From the NCBI GenBank assembly GCA_038826135.1, contig JAWBON010000005.1, positions 1,842-33,841 of the forward strand: a DNA stretch of 32,000 nucleotides, given 5' to 3'. The DNA comes from Candidatus Odinarchaeota archaeon. Lineage in GTDB: Archaea; Asgardarchaeota; Odinarchaeia; Odinarchaeales; Odinarchaeaceae. Of this stretch, positions 8,704 to 16,574 are shown in pieces (position 1 is the stretch's first letter; every line of letters begins with the position of its first letter). A model generated the notes under the pieces. The model worked only from the letters and a program-made list of their open reading frames with translations. It had not been told where the DNA came from and made no database searches. The position numbers and the translations under genes were made by a program.

Positions 8704-9882
8704 ATGGTTGAAAATCTCAGTGAAAGCGAGATAAATAGTTTAATCCGTAAAATAAAGGAGAAAACCGCTCAAAGCCCTTTAGGGAAAATTGTAGTTATAG
8801 ATGAAGTTGACCATCTCCTAATCATACCACCTAAACCGGATATAAAAAAAGTTTATGTGGAGTTAACTAATAAATGCAATTTAAACTGTCAAATGTGTAT
8901 TAGAAGATCATGGTTAGAATCCCTAGAGGAAATGGGTTACGAAGATTATTTGAAATTATTAGACCAGTTAACCGAGTTGCCTGAGCTGAAAACAATTGTT
9001 TTCGGCGGGCTGGGGGAGCCTACAATCCATCCTAAATTCAAAAAAATAGTTGAATCTACAAGAAGCAGATTACCTGAAATTGAACTTGTTATGACCACTA
9101 ACGGAACTATGATCGATAGGTTTCAAGACCTTATAATAGATAATTTCGATTACATGATTGTTTCAATAGACGCTGTTAGCGAAGATGTTTTTAAAGGTAT
9201 AAGAGGCCCCCAGGCGGGTAAAGTTATAAATAATTTAAAAAACTTCGCCGAATACCGGAATAAAATCAGGAAGTTCACTCCATGGATATGGGTCGAGTTT
9301 GTGGCTATGAGGCAGAATATAGAAGAACTCCCTAAACTATTAGCTATAGCTAAAGACCTGCAAATCAGTAGAATAATGATATCTAATATGCTACCTTACA
9401 CACCCGATATGACAGCGGAGAGTTTATACCCCCACGCCGACCCTGAGGAAATATATAAGTGGATTCCAGTAGGCCCTGATCTTAAAAATTACATCCAGAT
9501 CAATGTAGCGGACACTCGAATTAGAACGGAGAGAAGCTGCGCGTTCATTAAAAATAAAGCAGCCGTGATCACTGTAAACGGTGATGTAACTTCCTGCTAT
9601 AATTTCGCTCACACATACCGCTCCTATATAAACGGTCATGAGAAAACCGTATACAAGTATAGCTTCGGAAACATCCACAGTGAGAAACTAAAAGACATAT
9701 GGATGAAAGAGGAGTACGTGAGATTTCGAAATAAAGTTTCAGATTTCAACTTCCCATCATGCATAGATTGCCCGACAAGAGAAGGATGCTCATACGCTAA
9801 TACTAATGAAGTGGATTGCTACGGTAACACCCCCTCCTGCGCGGAATGTTTGTGGAGCCGGGATATTGTAAGATGCCCTTAA
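8704..9882 (+). CDS. Radical SAM/SPASM protein resembling tungsten-cofactor oxidoreductase maturases
   Basis: VYVELTNKCNLNCQMC (CxxxCxxC), GGLGEPTIHP, and a Cys-rich C-terminus FPSCIDC...EGC...DCYGNTPSCAECLWSRDIVRCP. Confidence 0.8.
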   Translation: MVENLSESEINSLIRKIKEKTAQSPLGKIVVIDEVDHLLIIPPKPDIKKVYVELTNKCNLNCQMCIRRSWLESLEEMGYEDYLKLLDQLTELPELKTIVFGGLGEPTIHPKFKKIVESTRSRLPEIELVMTTNGTMIDRFQDLIIDNFDYMIVSIDAVSEDVFKGIRGPQAGKVINNLKNFAEYRNKIRKFTPWIWVEFVAMRQNIEELPKLLAIAKDLQISRIMISNMLPYTPDMTAESLYPHADPEEIYKWIPVGPDLKNYIQINVADTRIRTERSCAFIKNKAAVITVNGDVTSCYNFAHTYRSYINGHEKTVYKYSFGNIHSEKLKDIWMKEEYVRFRNKVSDFNFPSCIDCPTREGCSYANTNEVDCYGNTPSCAECLWSRDIVRCP

Positions 9883-9957
9883 ATTCCAGTAATCTACCAA
9901 TAAAACTTAAATATTACTTTTTAGAAGCTTTCGTTTAGTAAGTTATCACCCTATAAG

Positions 9958-10233
9958 GTGGCATATATGGAGGACGTGGTTAAAACCGCTCAAGAATGCT
10001 ATGATAAAGCATGCCTACTGTACGCTGCCAGAAAACTTGACGACGCTGAGAAAATGTTAAAAGACGCTTTAAAATACTATGAAACAGCTAGAAAAGGAAA
10101 AAACCAGTATAAAAAAGAGATCTCCGAAATCCTGAAATTATTAGGAGACATATACCATCTTAAAGGGGAAGAGGAGAAATCAAGAAACTATTATGAGAGA
10201 AGCCACAAAGTATGGGACTGGAATTTTCCGTAA
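9958..10233 (+). CDS. Small TPR-repeat protein
   Basis: Two TPR-like helical pairs (AEKMLKDALKYY; LLGDIYHLKGEEEKSRNYYERS). Confidence 0.7.
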   Translation: MAYMEDVVKTAQECYDKACLLYAARKLDDAEKMLKDALKYYETARKGKNQYKKEISEILKLLGDIYHLKGEEEKSRNYYERSHKVWDWNFP

Positions 10234-10363
10234 TCTACTATTTACTATTTTAAAAAATCACGAAGAGAGTTTACCTAACTATAAAGATTTTAATCAACGA
10301 AAATTAGGTGAATTAAATAATAAAAAAAAGGATTCAAGAATCCGAGAGCGAGTACGGTATTTT

Positions 10364-10768
10364 TTAGTATTCTATTTTTCGTGGAAGTTTCTTAGCTTGT
10401 TCAATCCAGCTTTTAATTTCTTTAAGAGTTGGCGGTCTCCTCACTATTTTTCTAGCCTTGTTAAGCTCTAGTATCTTATTATGAAGATTCTCAGGATCCC
10501 TTTTAGACAATTCTCCAACCGCGTCAACCCCTGCCTCTTCAAGCAGATCGGAGTATTCAGGCCCGACACCTTTAATCCGGAAAAGATCCGCGTGATTAAC
10601 CCATTCAAGAATTAAATTGTCAGCAATACCTGTCTTATTAGCAAGCTCTTTTCTACCATTTCTTGTAGCCCCTACTTTAAGCAAGGTTTCAACTGTTTTA
10701 ACACCAGCGTCACTGAGCTTTTTAGCATAGCTTGGCCCGATGCCTTCGATTTCAATTATTTTAGTCAT
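10364..10768 (-). CDS. DUF4332 family helix-hairpin-helix protein
   Basis: IIEIEGIGPSYAKKL, WVNHADLFRIKGVGPEYSDLLEEAGV and RRPPT...WIEQAK. The start is probably ATG 10768, after GGAGTGG. Confidence 0.9.
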   Translation of the reverse strand: MTKIIEIEGIGPSYAKKLSDAGVKTVETLLKVGATRNGRKELANKTGIADNLILEWVNHADLFRIKGVGPEYSDLLEEAGVDAVGELSKRDPENLHNKILELNKARKIVRRPPTLKEIKSWIEQAKKLPRKIEY

Positions 10769-10794
10769 ATAAACCACTCCATTTAAGTTTTATA

Positions 10795-10816
10795 TATATA
10801 CGTTATAACGTATATA
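10795..10816. promoter_or_regulatory. Perfect 22-bp palindrome, putative operator
   Basis: TATATACGTTATAACGTATATA, 27-48 nt upstream of the DUF4332 start codon. Confidence 0.5.
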
Positions 10817-10854
10817 CCTGTATAGTGAATATGCAAGCATCTTTTATATATGTG

Positions 10855-10887
10855 TTTCCCTAATAACAACGATGCTTTCCCTAATAA
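10855..10887. repeat. 12-bp direct repeat with 21-bp period
   Basis: TTTCCCTAATAA at 10855-10866 and 10876-10887. Confidence 0.7.
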
Positions 10888-10980
10888 GCACTTTTTCCAC
10901 CATTAAATAAAAGAAATAGTAACCGTTGAAATCAACAGAAAAAAAGAAAAATGCTTTCATGAATGGTGCCGAGGGCGGGA

Positions 10981-11011
10981 TTTTCCTCCCGACGGTGAGC
11001 ACCTTTCAGGT
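10981..11011 (-). other. tRNA-Met intron 4 at 59/60 (31 nt)
   Basis: Central helix UUCA/GGAA (3 of 4 pairs), inner stem CCUGA/UCGGG; the T stem serves as the outer helix. Removal restores the T loop UUCAAAU. Confidence 0.8.
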
Positions 11012-11025
11012 TTTGAACCCGCGAC

Positions 11026-11049
11026 TTCCGTCAGCTTGAATTTTACTGT
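11026..11049 (-). other. tRNA-Met intron 3 at 45/46 (24 nt)
   Basis: Central helix CCGG/ACGG (3 of 4 pairs), inner stem CAGU/GCUG. Removal leaves the variable loop AAGUC. Confidence 0.75.
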
Positions 11050-11057
11050 TTCCGGAT

Positions 11058-11092
11058 CTCTTATTCGTCTGACCCCTTTTTAACAGACAGAT
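11058..11092 (-). other. tRNA-Met intron 2 at canonical 37/38 (35 nt)
   Basis: Central helix CUCA/UAAG with one C.A mismatch, inner stem GUCUG/CAGAC; the anticodon stem serves as the outer helix. Confidence 0.85.
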
Positions 11093-11099
11093 TATGAGT

Positions 11100-11113
11100 C
11101 TCGCCTCTTTGAA
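11100..11113 (-). other. tRNA-Met intron 1 at 30/31 (14 nt)
   Basis: Perfect central helix CGCC/GGCG, bulges GG^U and AG^A, inner stem UC-AAA-GA. Confidence 0.85.
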
Positions 11114-11295
11114 CCGGCGCTCTAACCAGGCTGAGCCACCTCGGCGTTCAGTGTTTGAATTTTACTTTATTATGTTAATTAACTTTACGCTAAATAATTT
11201 TTTGCAGCGTGGGGGGAAATAGGTTTAACCGGTAATAGTTTGAAACAGAGGTTTTATTAAGGTTTTATAGCTCATATTTATTATTGGTGGTGTAA

Positions 11296-11940
11296 ATGGT
11301 TACTGTTAAATGGCTCGGCCACGCGTGTTTTGAGATTAAAGGGGATGTGACTGTGGTAACCGACCCGCATGACGGTGTGAGTCTGGGGATTAAGCCGCCT
11401 CAATCTAAAGCTGATATCGTGTTAATAACTCACAGCCACTATGATCACGCTGATGGTTTACCTCTTGTACGTAGAGATGACACTGTTGTTCTCAGAGAAT
11501 TCGTGGGTGAGAGGAACGTTAAAGGCGTTAATGTGAGGGGGGTTAAGACCTTCCATGATACAAGTAAGGGTGCTCAACGCGGTTTGAATGTTATATATCT
11601 TTTTGAAATGGCTGGGATGAGATTTCTTCATCTAGGGGATTTAGGGCATGTTCTAGGATCGGATATCGTGGAGTCTGTTAAACCGGTTGATGTGCTTTTT
11701 GTTCCAGTGGGGGGCACTTATACGCTAGATCATTCAGGCGCGACTAAGATCTATAATGAGATTAAACCGAGAATAACAATACCGATGCATTATAAAATAA
11801 GCGGGTTGAATCTTCCTTTAAGCTCAGTTGACACGTTTCTAGCCGGTAAAGCGGAGGCGAGACGTCTAGGAGTTAACTTCTTGGAGATTAGTAGGGAGAA
11901 GCTTCCTAAAACGAGTGAAATAATTGCTTTAACGGTATAA
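11296..11940 (+). CDS. MBL-fold metal-dependent hydrolase
   Basis: WLGHACF, DPH, ITHSHYDH, HLGDLGH, VPVGG and PMHY. Confidence 0.9.
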   Translation: MVTVKWLGHACFEIKGDVTVVTDPHDGVSLGIKPPQSKADIVLITHSHYDHADGLPLVRRDDTVVLREFVGERNVKGVNVRGVKTFHDTSKGAQRGLNVIYLFEMAGMRFLHLGDLGHVLGSDIVESVKPVDVLFVPVGGTYTLDHSGATKIYNEIKPRITIPMHYKISGLNLPLSSVDTFLAGKAEARRLGVNFLEISREKLPKTSEIIALTV

Positions 11941-12010
11941 GAGGGCTATGTGTTAAAATGGTTTAACAGGTTTGTTAAAGTTTCTGCGACACCGGGGTTA
12001 ACTGTTAAAA

Positions 12011-13147
12011 CTACCATTTTTTATTCCACATTTCTCTGGCTAGGGTTCCTGTGTATTTGAATGAGTCAATTTTATTTTTAGCTTCCTGTCTTCTTTGCTG
12101 ATGTTCTATTAGAAAATTGGTTAATTTCTCTACTAAGTAGTTTTTGCATTCCCCGCAGATTAGTTTTCCTGATAGACACATATTTTCTCTGTTCTTAATT
12201 TTAGCATCATCTTCTTCTAGAAGCGTGTTTAACCATTGAAATACAGTGCATATATTAGGATTTCCCCCTTTCTCCCTCTGCTCAACTATTGAGGGTTGAC
12301 CGCCTGTGAATGCGTATTTGATTATTTTCTTTCGAACCGTTTCAGGTTTATCAGTAAGGTATATAGCGGTCTGTTCTTTAGAGGCGCTCATTTTACCTGT
12401 AGGTCCCTCTAATCCTGGTAAAAACTTGCTATGTATCGCAGCGGTTTTAGGGTATCCTAGTTTAGGAGCTATATCTCTTTGAATACGCCAATATGGGTCT
12501 TGATCTATAGCCGCCGGGATGAGGCATTGTTTTTCTAATAGGAAGCAGGGCATGGCTTGAACAGCTGGGAAGAATATTAAACCTATATTTGCCTCATTTT
12601 TGAATCCGAAAACGGCTTTAACAGTTGATAGAGTGATTTTTTTAGCTATTTTAACAGCTAGCGGATAGAAGTTCGTGTATTCGCTATCCTGGAATATGAA
12701 TGTTAAATCAGGGTTAAACCCGCAAGCTATAATATCGCATGCGTTTTCAAAAGAGTATTTTCTAGTAGTTTCAAGCGTAAGCTCTTCTTTATAAAGGAAT
12801 TTTTCATCATCCGTTATCTGTATTATAACAGGTGCCTTAAATTTATCTTGAAGCCATTTAACAAAAAGAAACGGGATCAGGTGGCCTATATGCATATGCC
12901 CGGTTGGGCCTCTACCAGTGTACAGGAAGAAGCCGTCTCCTTTTTTATAAGCTTCTAAAACACGGGGCATATCTCTATGAGAGAAGAAGAACCCTCTTCT
13001 AAGCAAGGGATGAAGTTCACCGGTTACGCGCTCTATCTCCTTTAACAGTTCAGATGTTATTCTCTCTGTTCCAAATTCCTGTATTAATTTATCATAATCT
13101 ACGATACCTGTTACTTCCCATGGTGTAACCTGGAATTCTTGCGTCAT
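12011..13147 (-). CDS. trpS: Tryptophan--tRNA ligase (archaeal/eukaryotic type)
   Basis: VTPWEV, YTGRGPT, the HIGH motif, DQDPYWR, KMSAS and a Cys-rich GKLICGECK. Confidence 0.97.
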   Translation of the reverse strand: MTQEFQVTPWEVTGIVDYDKLIQEFGTERITSELLKEIERVTGELHPLLRRGFFFSHRDMPRVLEAYKKGDGFFLYTGRGPTGHMHIGHLIPFLFVKWLQDKFKAPVIIQITDDEKFLYKEELTLETTRKYSFENACDIIACGFNPDLTFIFQDSEYTNFYPLAVKIAKKITLSTVKAVFGFKNEANIGLIFFPAVQAMPCFLLEKQCLIPAAIDQDPYWRIQRDIAPKLGYPKTAAIHSKFLPGLEGPTGKMSASKEQTAIYLTDKPETVRKKIIKYAFTGGQPSIVEQREKGGNPNICTVFQWLNTLLEEDDAKIKNRENMCLSGKLICGECKNYLVEKLTNFLIEHQQRRQEAKNKIDSFKYTGTLAREMWNKKW

Positions 13148-13278
13148 TAAATTCCCTCTGTGTCTATATTTTTTTCAATTACTGTTAGAGAACATTATGA
13201 GTTATTCAATCAGATTAATATATTTTTACTCTATAAGGTTAAATATTTTAAAAATTCAAGATTAGTAAGCGGTGAACA

Positions 13279-14475
13279 GTGATGAAGACGCGTAGAGTGT
13301 ACTTTGCTCCTAACGGAATAGCTTTAGGCCATGCTGGTCGATGTATCCCAGCTGCTAAAAAACTTGTAAACAGAGGGGATAACGTTATTTTTTCAACGTA
13401 CGGTGACGCTGTGGAATTTATTCGCGAAGCGGGTTTTAAAGTTTTAAAAAGCCCGCCGCTTAAATTCGAGGAGAGACCTGACGGCAGCGTGGCGATGCTT
13501 GAGACGAGTTTAAAATGGCCTATTCACATTACGACCTTTCTAAGACAGGTGAGAGGCGAGCTTGTTAATATTAAAAAATTTAAGCCTGATGTTATTGTAT
13601 CAGATTCTAGACTTTCACCATTATTCGCAGGGAGACTTCTAGGCATCCCTAGATTATTATTACTCCATCAGATAAGAATGCTAATACCGCATAGAAAAGA
13701 GTTAACACAGTTTCAGGAAAAGCTGAAGCGGTTAGGTGAAGATATAATAATGTATGACACTAATATTTTCTGGAGCGCCAGCGATCGAATACTTGCCCCG
13801 GATTTCCCATTCCCGTATACGATAGCGAAGGATAATTTGAATGTTCCGGGTAAAATGCTTAGAAACGTTGAGTTTATCGGTCAAGTGATAAGTAAAAGAC
13901 CTGAAGAACTCCCTGAAAAAGAGGATATTAGAAGAAAACTAGGTTTAGATGATAGACCTTTAATTTACGCGGGTGTTGCTGGAACGATGCTTGAGAGAAC
14001 GATTCTTATAAAACTTCTGGAGGAGAATTTACCGAGACTCCCTGGTAAATACCAGGTTATATTCACTAAGGGGATTCCAAGTAAACGTGAAACCCCGGTT
14101 TATGAAGATAAAAATATTAAAATTTTTAACTGGGTTAGTGACAGATACATGATACTTAAAGCAGCTGACCTGGTTATATCGCGAGCAGGGCATAATACTA
14201 TAGCGGAGTGTTTTTACTACGGTAAACCCATGATACTTATACCAACTCCAACTCATACTGAGCATCAGGGAAACGCTAGATCCGTGCTTCAGATGGGTGT
14301 GGCTAAAGTATTACAGCAAAACGAGGTTAACTATCAAACCCTCCTTGAAAGTGTTGAATATGTTTTAAACAGTTCGCAGATAAACAGGAGAATACAGAGT
14401 ATTCAGAGAGCTGTGTCAAAATTCAACGCTGTGAACACGATCATAGAGAGAATAGACCAGTATACTAATAATTAA
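13279..14475 (+). CDS. GT-B glycosyltransferase, MurG/GT28-like
   Basis: GIALGHAGRC, PDVIVSD, DLVISRAGHNTIAEC, GKPMILIP and EHQGNA. Confidence 0.85.
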   Translation: MMKTRRVYFAPNGIALGHAGRCIPAAKKLVNRGDNVIFSTYGDAVEFIREAGFKVLKSPPLKFEERPDGSVAMLETSLKWPIHITTFLRQVRGELVNIKKFKPDVIVSDSRLSPLFAGRLLGIPRLLLLHQIRMLIPHRKELTQFQEKLKRLGEDIIMYDTNIFWSASDRILAPDFPFPYTIAKDNLNVPGKMLRNVEFIGQVISKRPEELPEKEDIRRKLGLDDRPLIYAGVAGTMLERTILIKLLEENLPRLPGKYQVIFTKGIPSKRETPVYEDKNIKIFNWVSDRYMILKAADLVISRAGHNTIAECFYYGKPMILIPTPTHTEHQGNARSVLQMGVAKVLQQNEVNYQTLLESVEYVLNSSQINRRIQSIQRAVSKFNAVNTIIERIDQYTNN

Positions 14476-14479
14476 GGCT

Positions 14480-15130
14480 TTAACTGCATGTTGAATGAGA
14501 TTTACCTTCTATTTCCCCACCGGGTACTTTCTCCGAGAATATTTGAGCTTGAAACTTATAGATTTTAGTCTTAGCATCCAGCCAGCAGTCTGCTAGTAAA
14601 CCCGCTTTCTGACAGCAGTGGGATAGGAATTCATTAGCATTCCAACCGTATTCAACAGCAACCTGGGGGAGAAGGAGCCCCGAATACATCCCAGCTTCAA
14701 CTATTAAACCATCTTTACCTACACTGATGTGATCAGGGTATTCGCGGGGAGTGTTAGCGGTTATGAGCTCAGGTTTTGTTAGAACACTTATCTCTATAAT
14801 TATTTTTTCAAGCTCTTCAAGTGTGACAGGCCCAGGCCCGTAAGGTGGATAGAACCGGTAGTCTTTGGTTGCAGCGCTAATAGCCGCCTTAATAGTTGCT
14901 TCAGTTAAAGGCAGATAAGGGTATGGGAACCCTATACACCCTCTCAGCTGCTTCTCTTTACCTTCAATATTGTAAAGTGTAACGAAGACCCCCCGTTTCT
15001 CGGTTAAAATTTTAGAGGCTGAAGAGGGGGCTTTCATCTCTTTTTTAGTATTAAGATACTCCTTTATAGCAGCCCTTGCAATTTTCATCAGGAACCGCCC
15101 ATCATCTAAAGATAACAGCAATAACATCAC
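14480..15130 (-). CDS. AMMECR1 domain protein
   Basis: RGVFVTL, the LRGCIG motif, EISVL, GKDGL, GLLLPQVA and KAGL. Confidence 0.93.
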   Translation of the reverse strand: MMLLLLSLDDGRFLMKIARAAIKEYLNTKKEMKAPSSASKILTEKRGVFVTLYNIEGKEKQLRGCIGFPYPYLPLTEATIKAAISAATKDYRFYPPYGPGPVTLEELEKIIIEISVLTKPELITANTPREYPDHISVGKDGLIVEAGMYSGLLLPQVAVEYGWNANEFLSHCCQKAGLLADCWLDAKTKIYKFQAQIFSEKVPGGEIEGKSHSTCS

Positions 15131-15210
15131 CGCTAACTGAAATATTTTATAGCTTGGATAATTATAGTTAAGATAATATGATTAAATAAAGTATTCGAAA
15201 AGGTTTCAGA

Positions 15211-15711
15211 ATGAGAGAAAAACCTTCATTCATATGTGATAGCATGCTTGGACGCTTAAGCAGATGGCTCAGAGTACTCGGCTATGATACAGTTTTCCAA
15301 AGAGACAGCAGCGATTATGATATTCTCAATTTACTTAAAGCGGAAGAGGATAGGATTTTACTAACAAGAGACAGACAGCTTTACACACGCGCCAGCTGTC
15401 AAGGAGCCGACTGTCTTCTGATACCTTACCAGAATATCATAGAACAGCTCTCGTATATTGGTAAAAAATTAGGTTTAAACCTTAAAGTTAACCCTGATAA
15501 TTCTAGATGCTCTATGTGCAATAACCCCCTTGTTAAGGTTTCAAATATAAACAGTATCCGCGGGCTTATACCGCCTCTTCTAAGGTTAAGCGGAAGAAGA
15601 TTCTGGTACTGTGTTAAATGCAATAAGGTTTTCTGGAAGGGTAGAATGTGGCCTAATATTAGTAAAATAGCTTTAGCTGCTTCGAAGACAATGCGGCGAA
15701 TGACTCTGTGA
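15211..15711 (+). CDS. Mut7-C RNase domain (PIN-fold, DUF82-type) protein
   Basis: FICDSMLGRLSRWLRVLGYD, RILLTRD, RCSMCN and CVKCNKVFWKG. Confidence 0.9.
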   Translation: MREKPSFICDSMLGRLSRWLRVLGYDTVFQRDSSDYDILNLLKAEEDRILLTRDRQLYTRASCQGADCLLIPYQNIIEQLSYIGKKLGLNLKVNPDNSRCSMCNNPLVKVSNINSIRGLIPPLLRLSGRRFWYCVKCNKVFWKGRMWPNISKIALAASKTMRRMTL

Positions 15712-15756
15712 GACAGCTAAATTTATAGTAAAATCTCCCGCGAAAATAAAAAATAA

Positions 15757-16020
15757 TTATTCTCCACCACTCATTTGAGATTTAATCTCAGCTCTTTTAA
15801 ACGCGTCTACAAACTCGCCGTAAGCGTCAACAGGCTCCATAAGCGCGTGGGATGGGATGACAAGCTCCATTTTACAGGCTCCGCATTTAACCTCCGCTAT
15901 TTTCTCAGTCTTGGAAATATCCACTTTAACCGCTTTTTTACCACACGCAGGGCATACAAATACGGCGGGTATCTTAGGTTTAGGTCTTACAACAATTTTC
16001 TTAGTTTTACGACGACCCAA
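15757..16020 (-). CDS. elf1: Transcription elongation factor Elf1 homolog
   Basis: MGRRKTKK, zinc ribbon FVCPACG...KCGAC and EPVDAYGEFVD. TTG start after GGAGG. Confidence 0.9.
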   Translation of the reverse strand: MGRRKTKKIVVRPKPKIPAVFVCPACGKKAVKVDISKTEKIAEVKCGACKMELVIPSHALMEPVDAYGEFVDAFKRAEIKSQMSGGE

Positions 16021-16300
16021 AAATATTCCTCCAACAGTTTATAACCGGTTTTATACAAGCTATAAGAGAGTTTTCATCTCCGCAAACTAGCGCATAGTAG
16101 TACACATACAGTTATTTGCCAAGTTTTATAGGATGACGCGGCTCAACCTATATTTAATAAAGGGATATTTAAAGCAAGAAATATAAAGCTAATGTTAAAT
16201 TTAACCTTACCGTTAAACTCAGTTTCAACAGTGATGTCTTAAATATGAACTCAAACGCTTACACGATTTTACAAGGTTCAGAATAATTTTATTTGAAAAA

Positions 16301-16528
16301 TTAAAGAAACCAAACCCAGCTTTTTGCAGCTATTGAAAGCTCCCCTTTAATTACCCCTTTCAAGCGGAGTTGATTAAGATACCTTGCTGGGCTGTCAGGG
16401 CATTTTAAACCCATTCTATTAATCTCAGCCTCTATCTGCGTAGTTGTTAGAGGTCGGCCAGCATTCTTTAATAATTCAATTATCTTCATAATTATAAGAT
16501 CATCACCACTCTCACCCAAGCGAGACAC
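16301..16528 (-). CDS. Small winged-helix protein of unknown function
   Basis: KIIELLKNAGRPLTTTQI...RYLNQLRLKGVIKG fits a wHTH pattern. It is divergent from the desulfurase gene. Confidence 0.6.
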   Translation of the reverse strand: MSRLGESGDDLIIMKIIELLKNAGRPLTTTQIEAEINRMGLKCPDSPARYLNQLRLKGVIKGELSIAAKSWVWFL

Positions 16529-16574
16529 CTCAAATTTAATATTTTATACCCGAATAAAAATATGAGGTTATTTA

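Larger units (their letters stand above)
10964..11145 (-). tRNA. Elongator tRNA-Met(CAT) with four introns and encoded CCA
   Basis: Hand-spliced product (78 nt): GCCGAGG TG GCTC AGCCTGGTTA GAGC G CCGGA CTCATAA TCCGG AAGTC GCGGG TTCAAAT CCCGC CCTCGGC A CCA. CAT at 11096-11094. The G1-C72 pair argues against initiator tRNA. Confidence 0.9.

Noticed and set aside
10986-11004. Nested intron inside tRNA-Met intron 4 (CCUG/CGGG helix with an AAA bulge)
   Set aside because: Removing it does not improve the outer splice motif, and a single 31-nt 59/60 intron already yields the correct T loop.
11026-11092. C/D-box guide RNA inside the tRNA-Met introns
   Set aside because: Intron 3 has a CUGA but no RUGAUGA C box, intron 2 has neither, and both are too short.
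14825-14860. Extra YPPYGPG residues in AMMECR1 as a possible in-frame intron
   Set aside because: No BHB geometry was found by hand; more likely a protein loop insertion.
16021-16300. Hidden gene or sRNA in the 280-bp gap between elf1 and the wHTH gene
   Set aside because: Only very short ORFs, no C/D box pair and no convincing structure beyond a small GAGA/TCTC hairpin.
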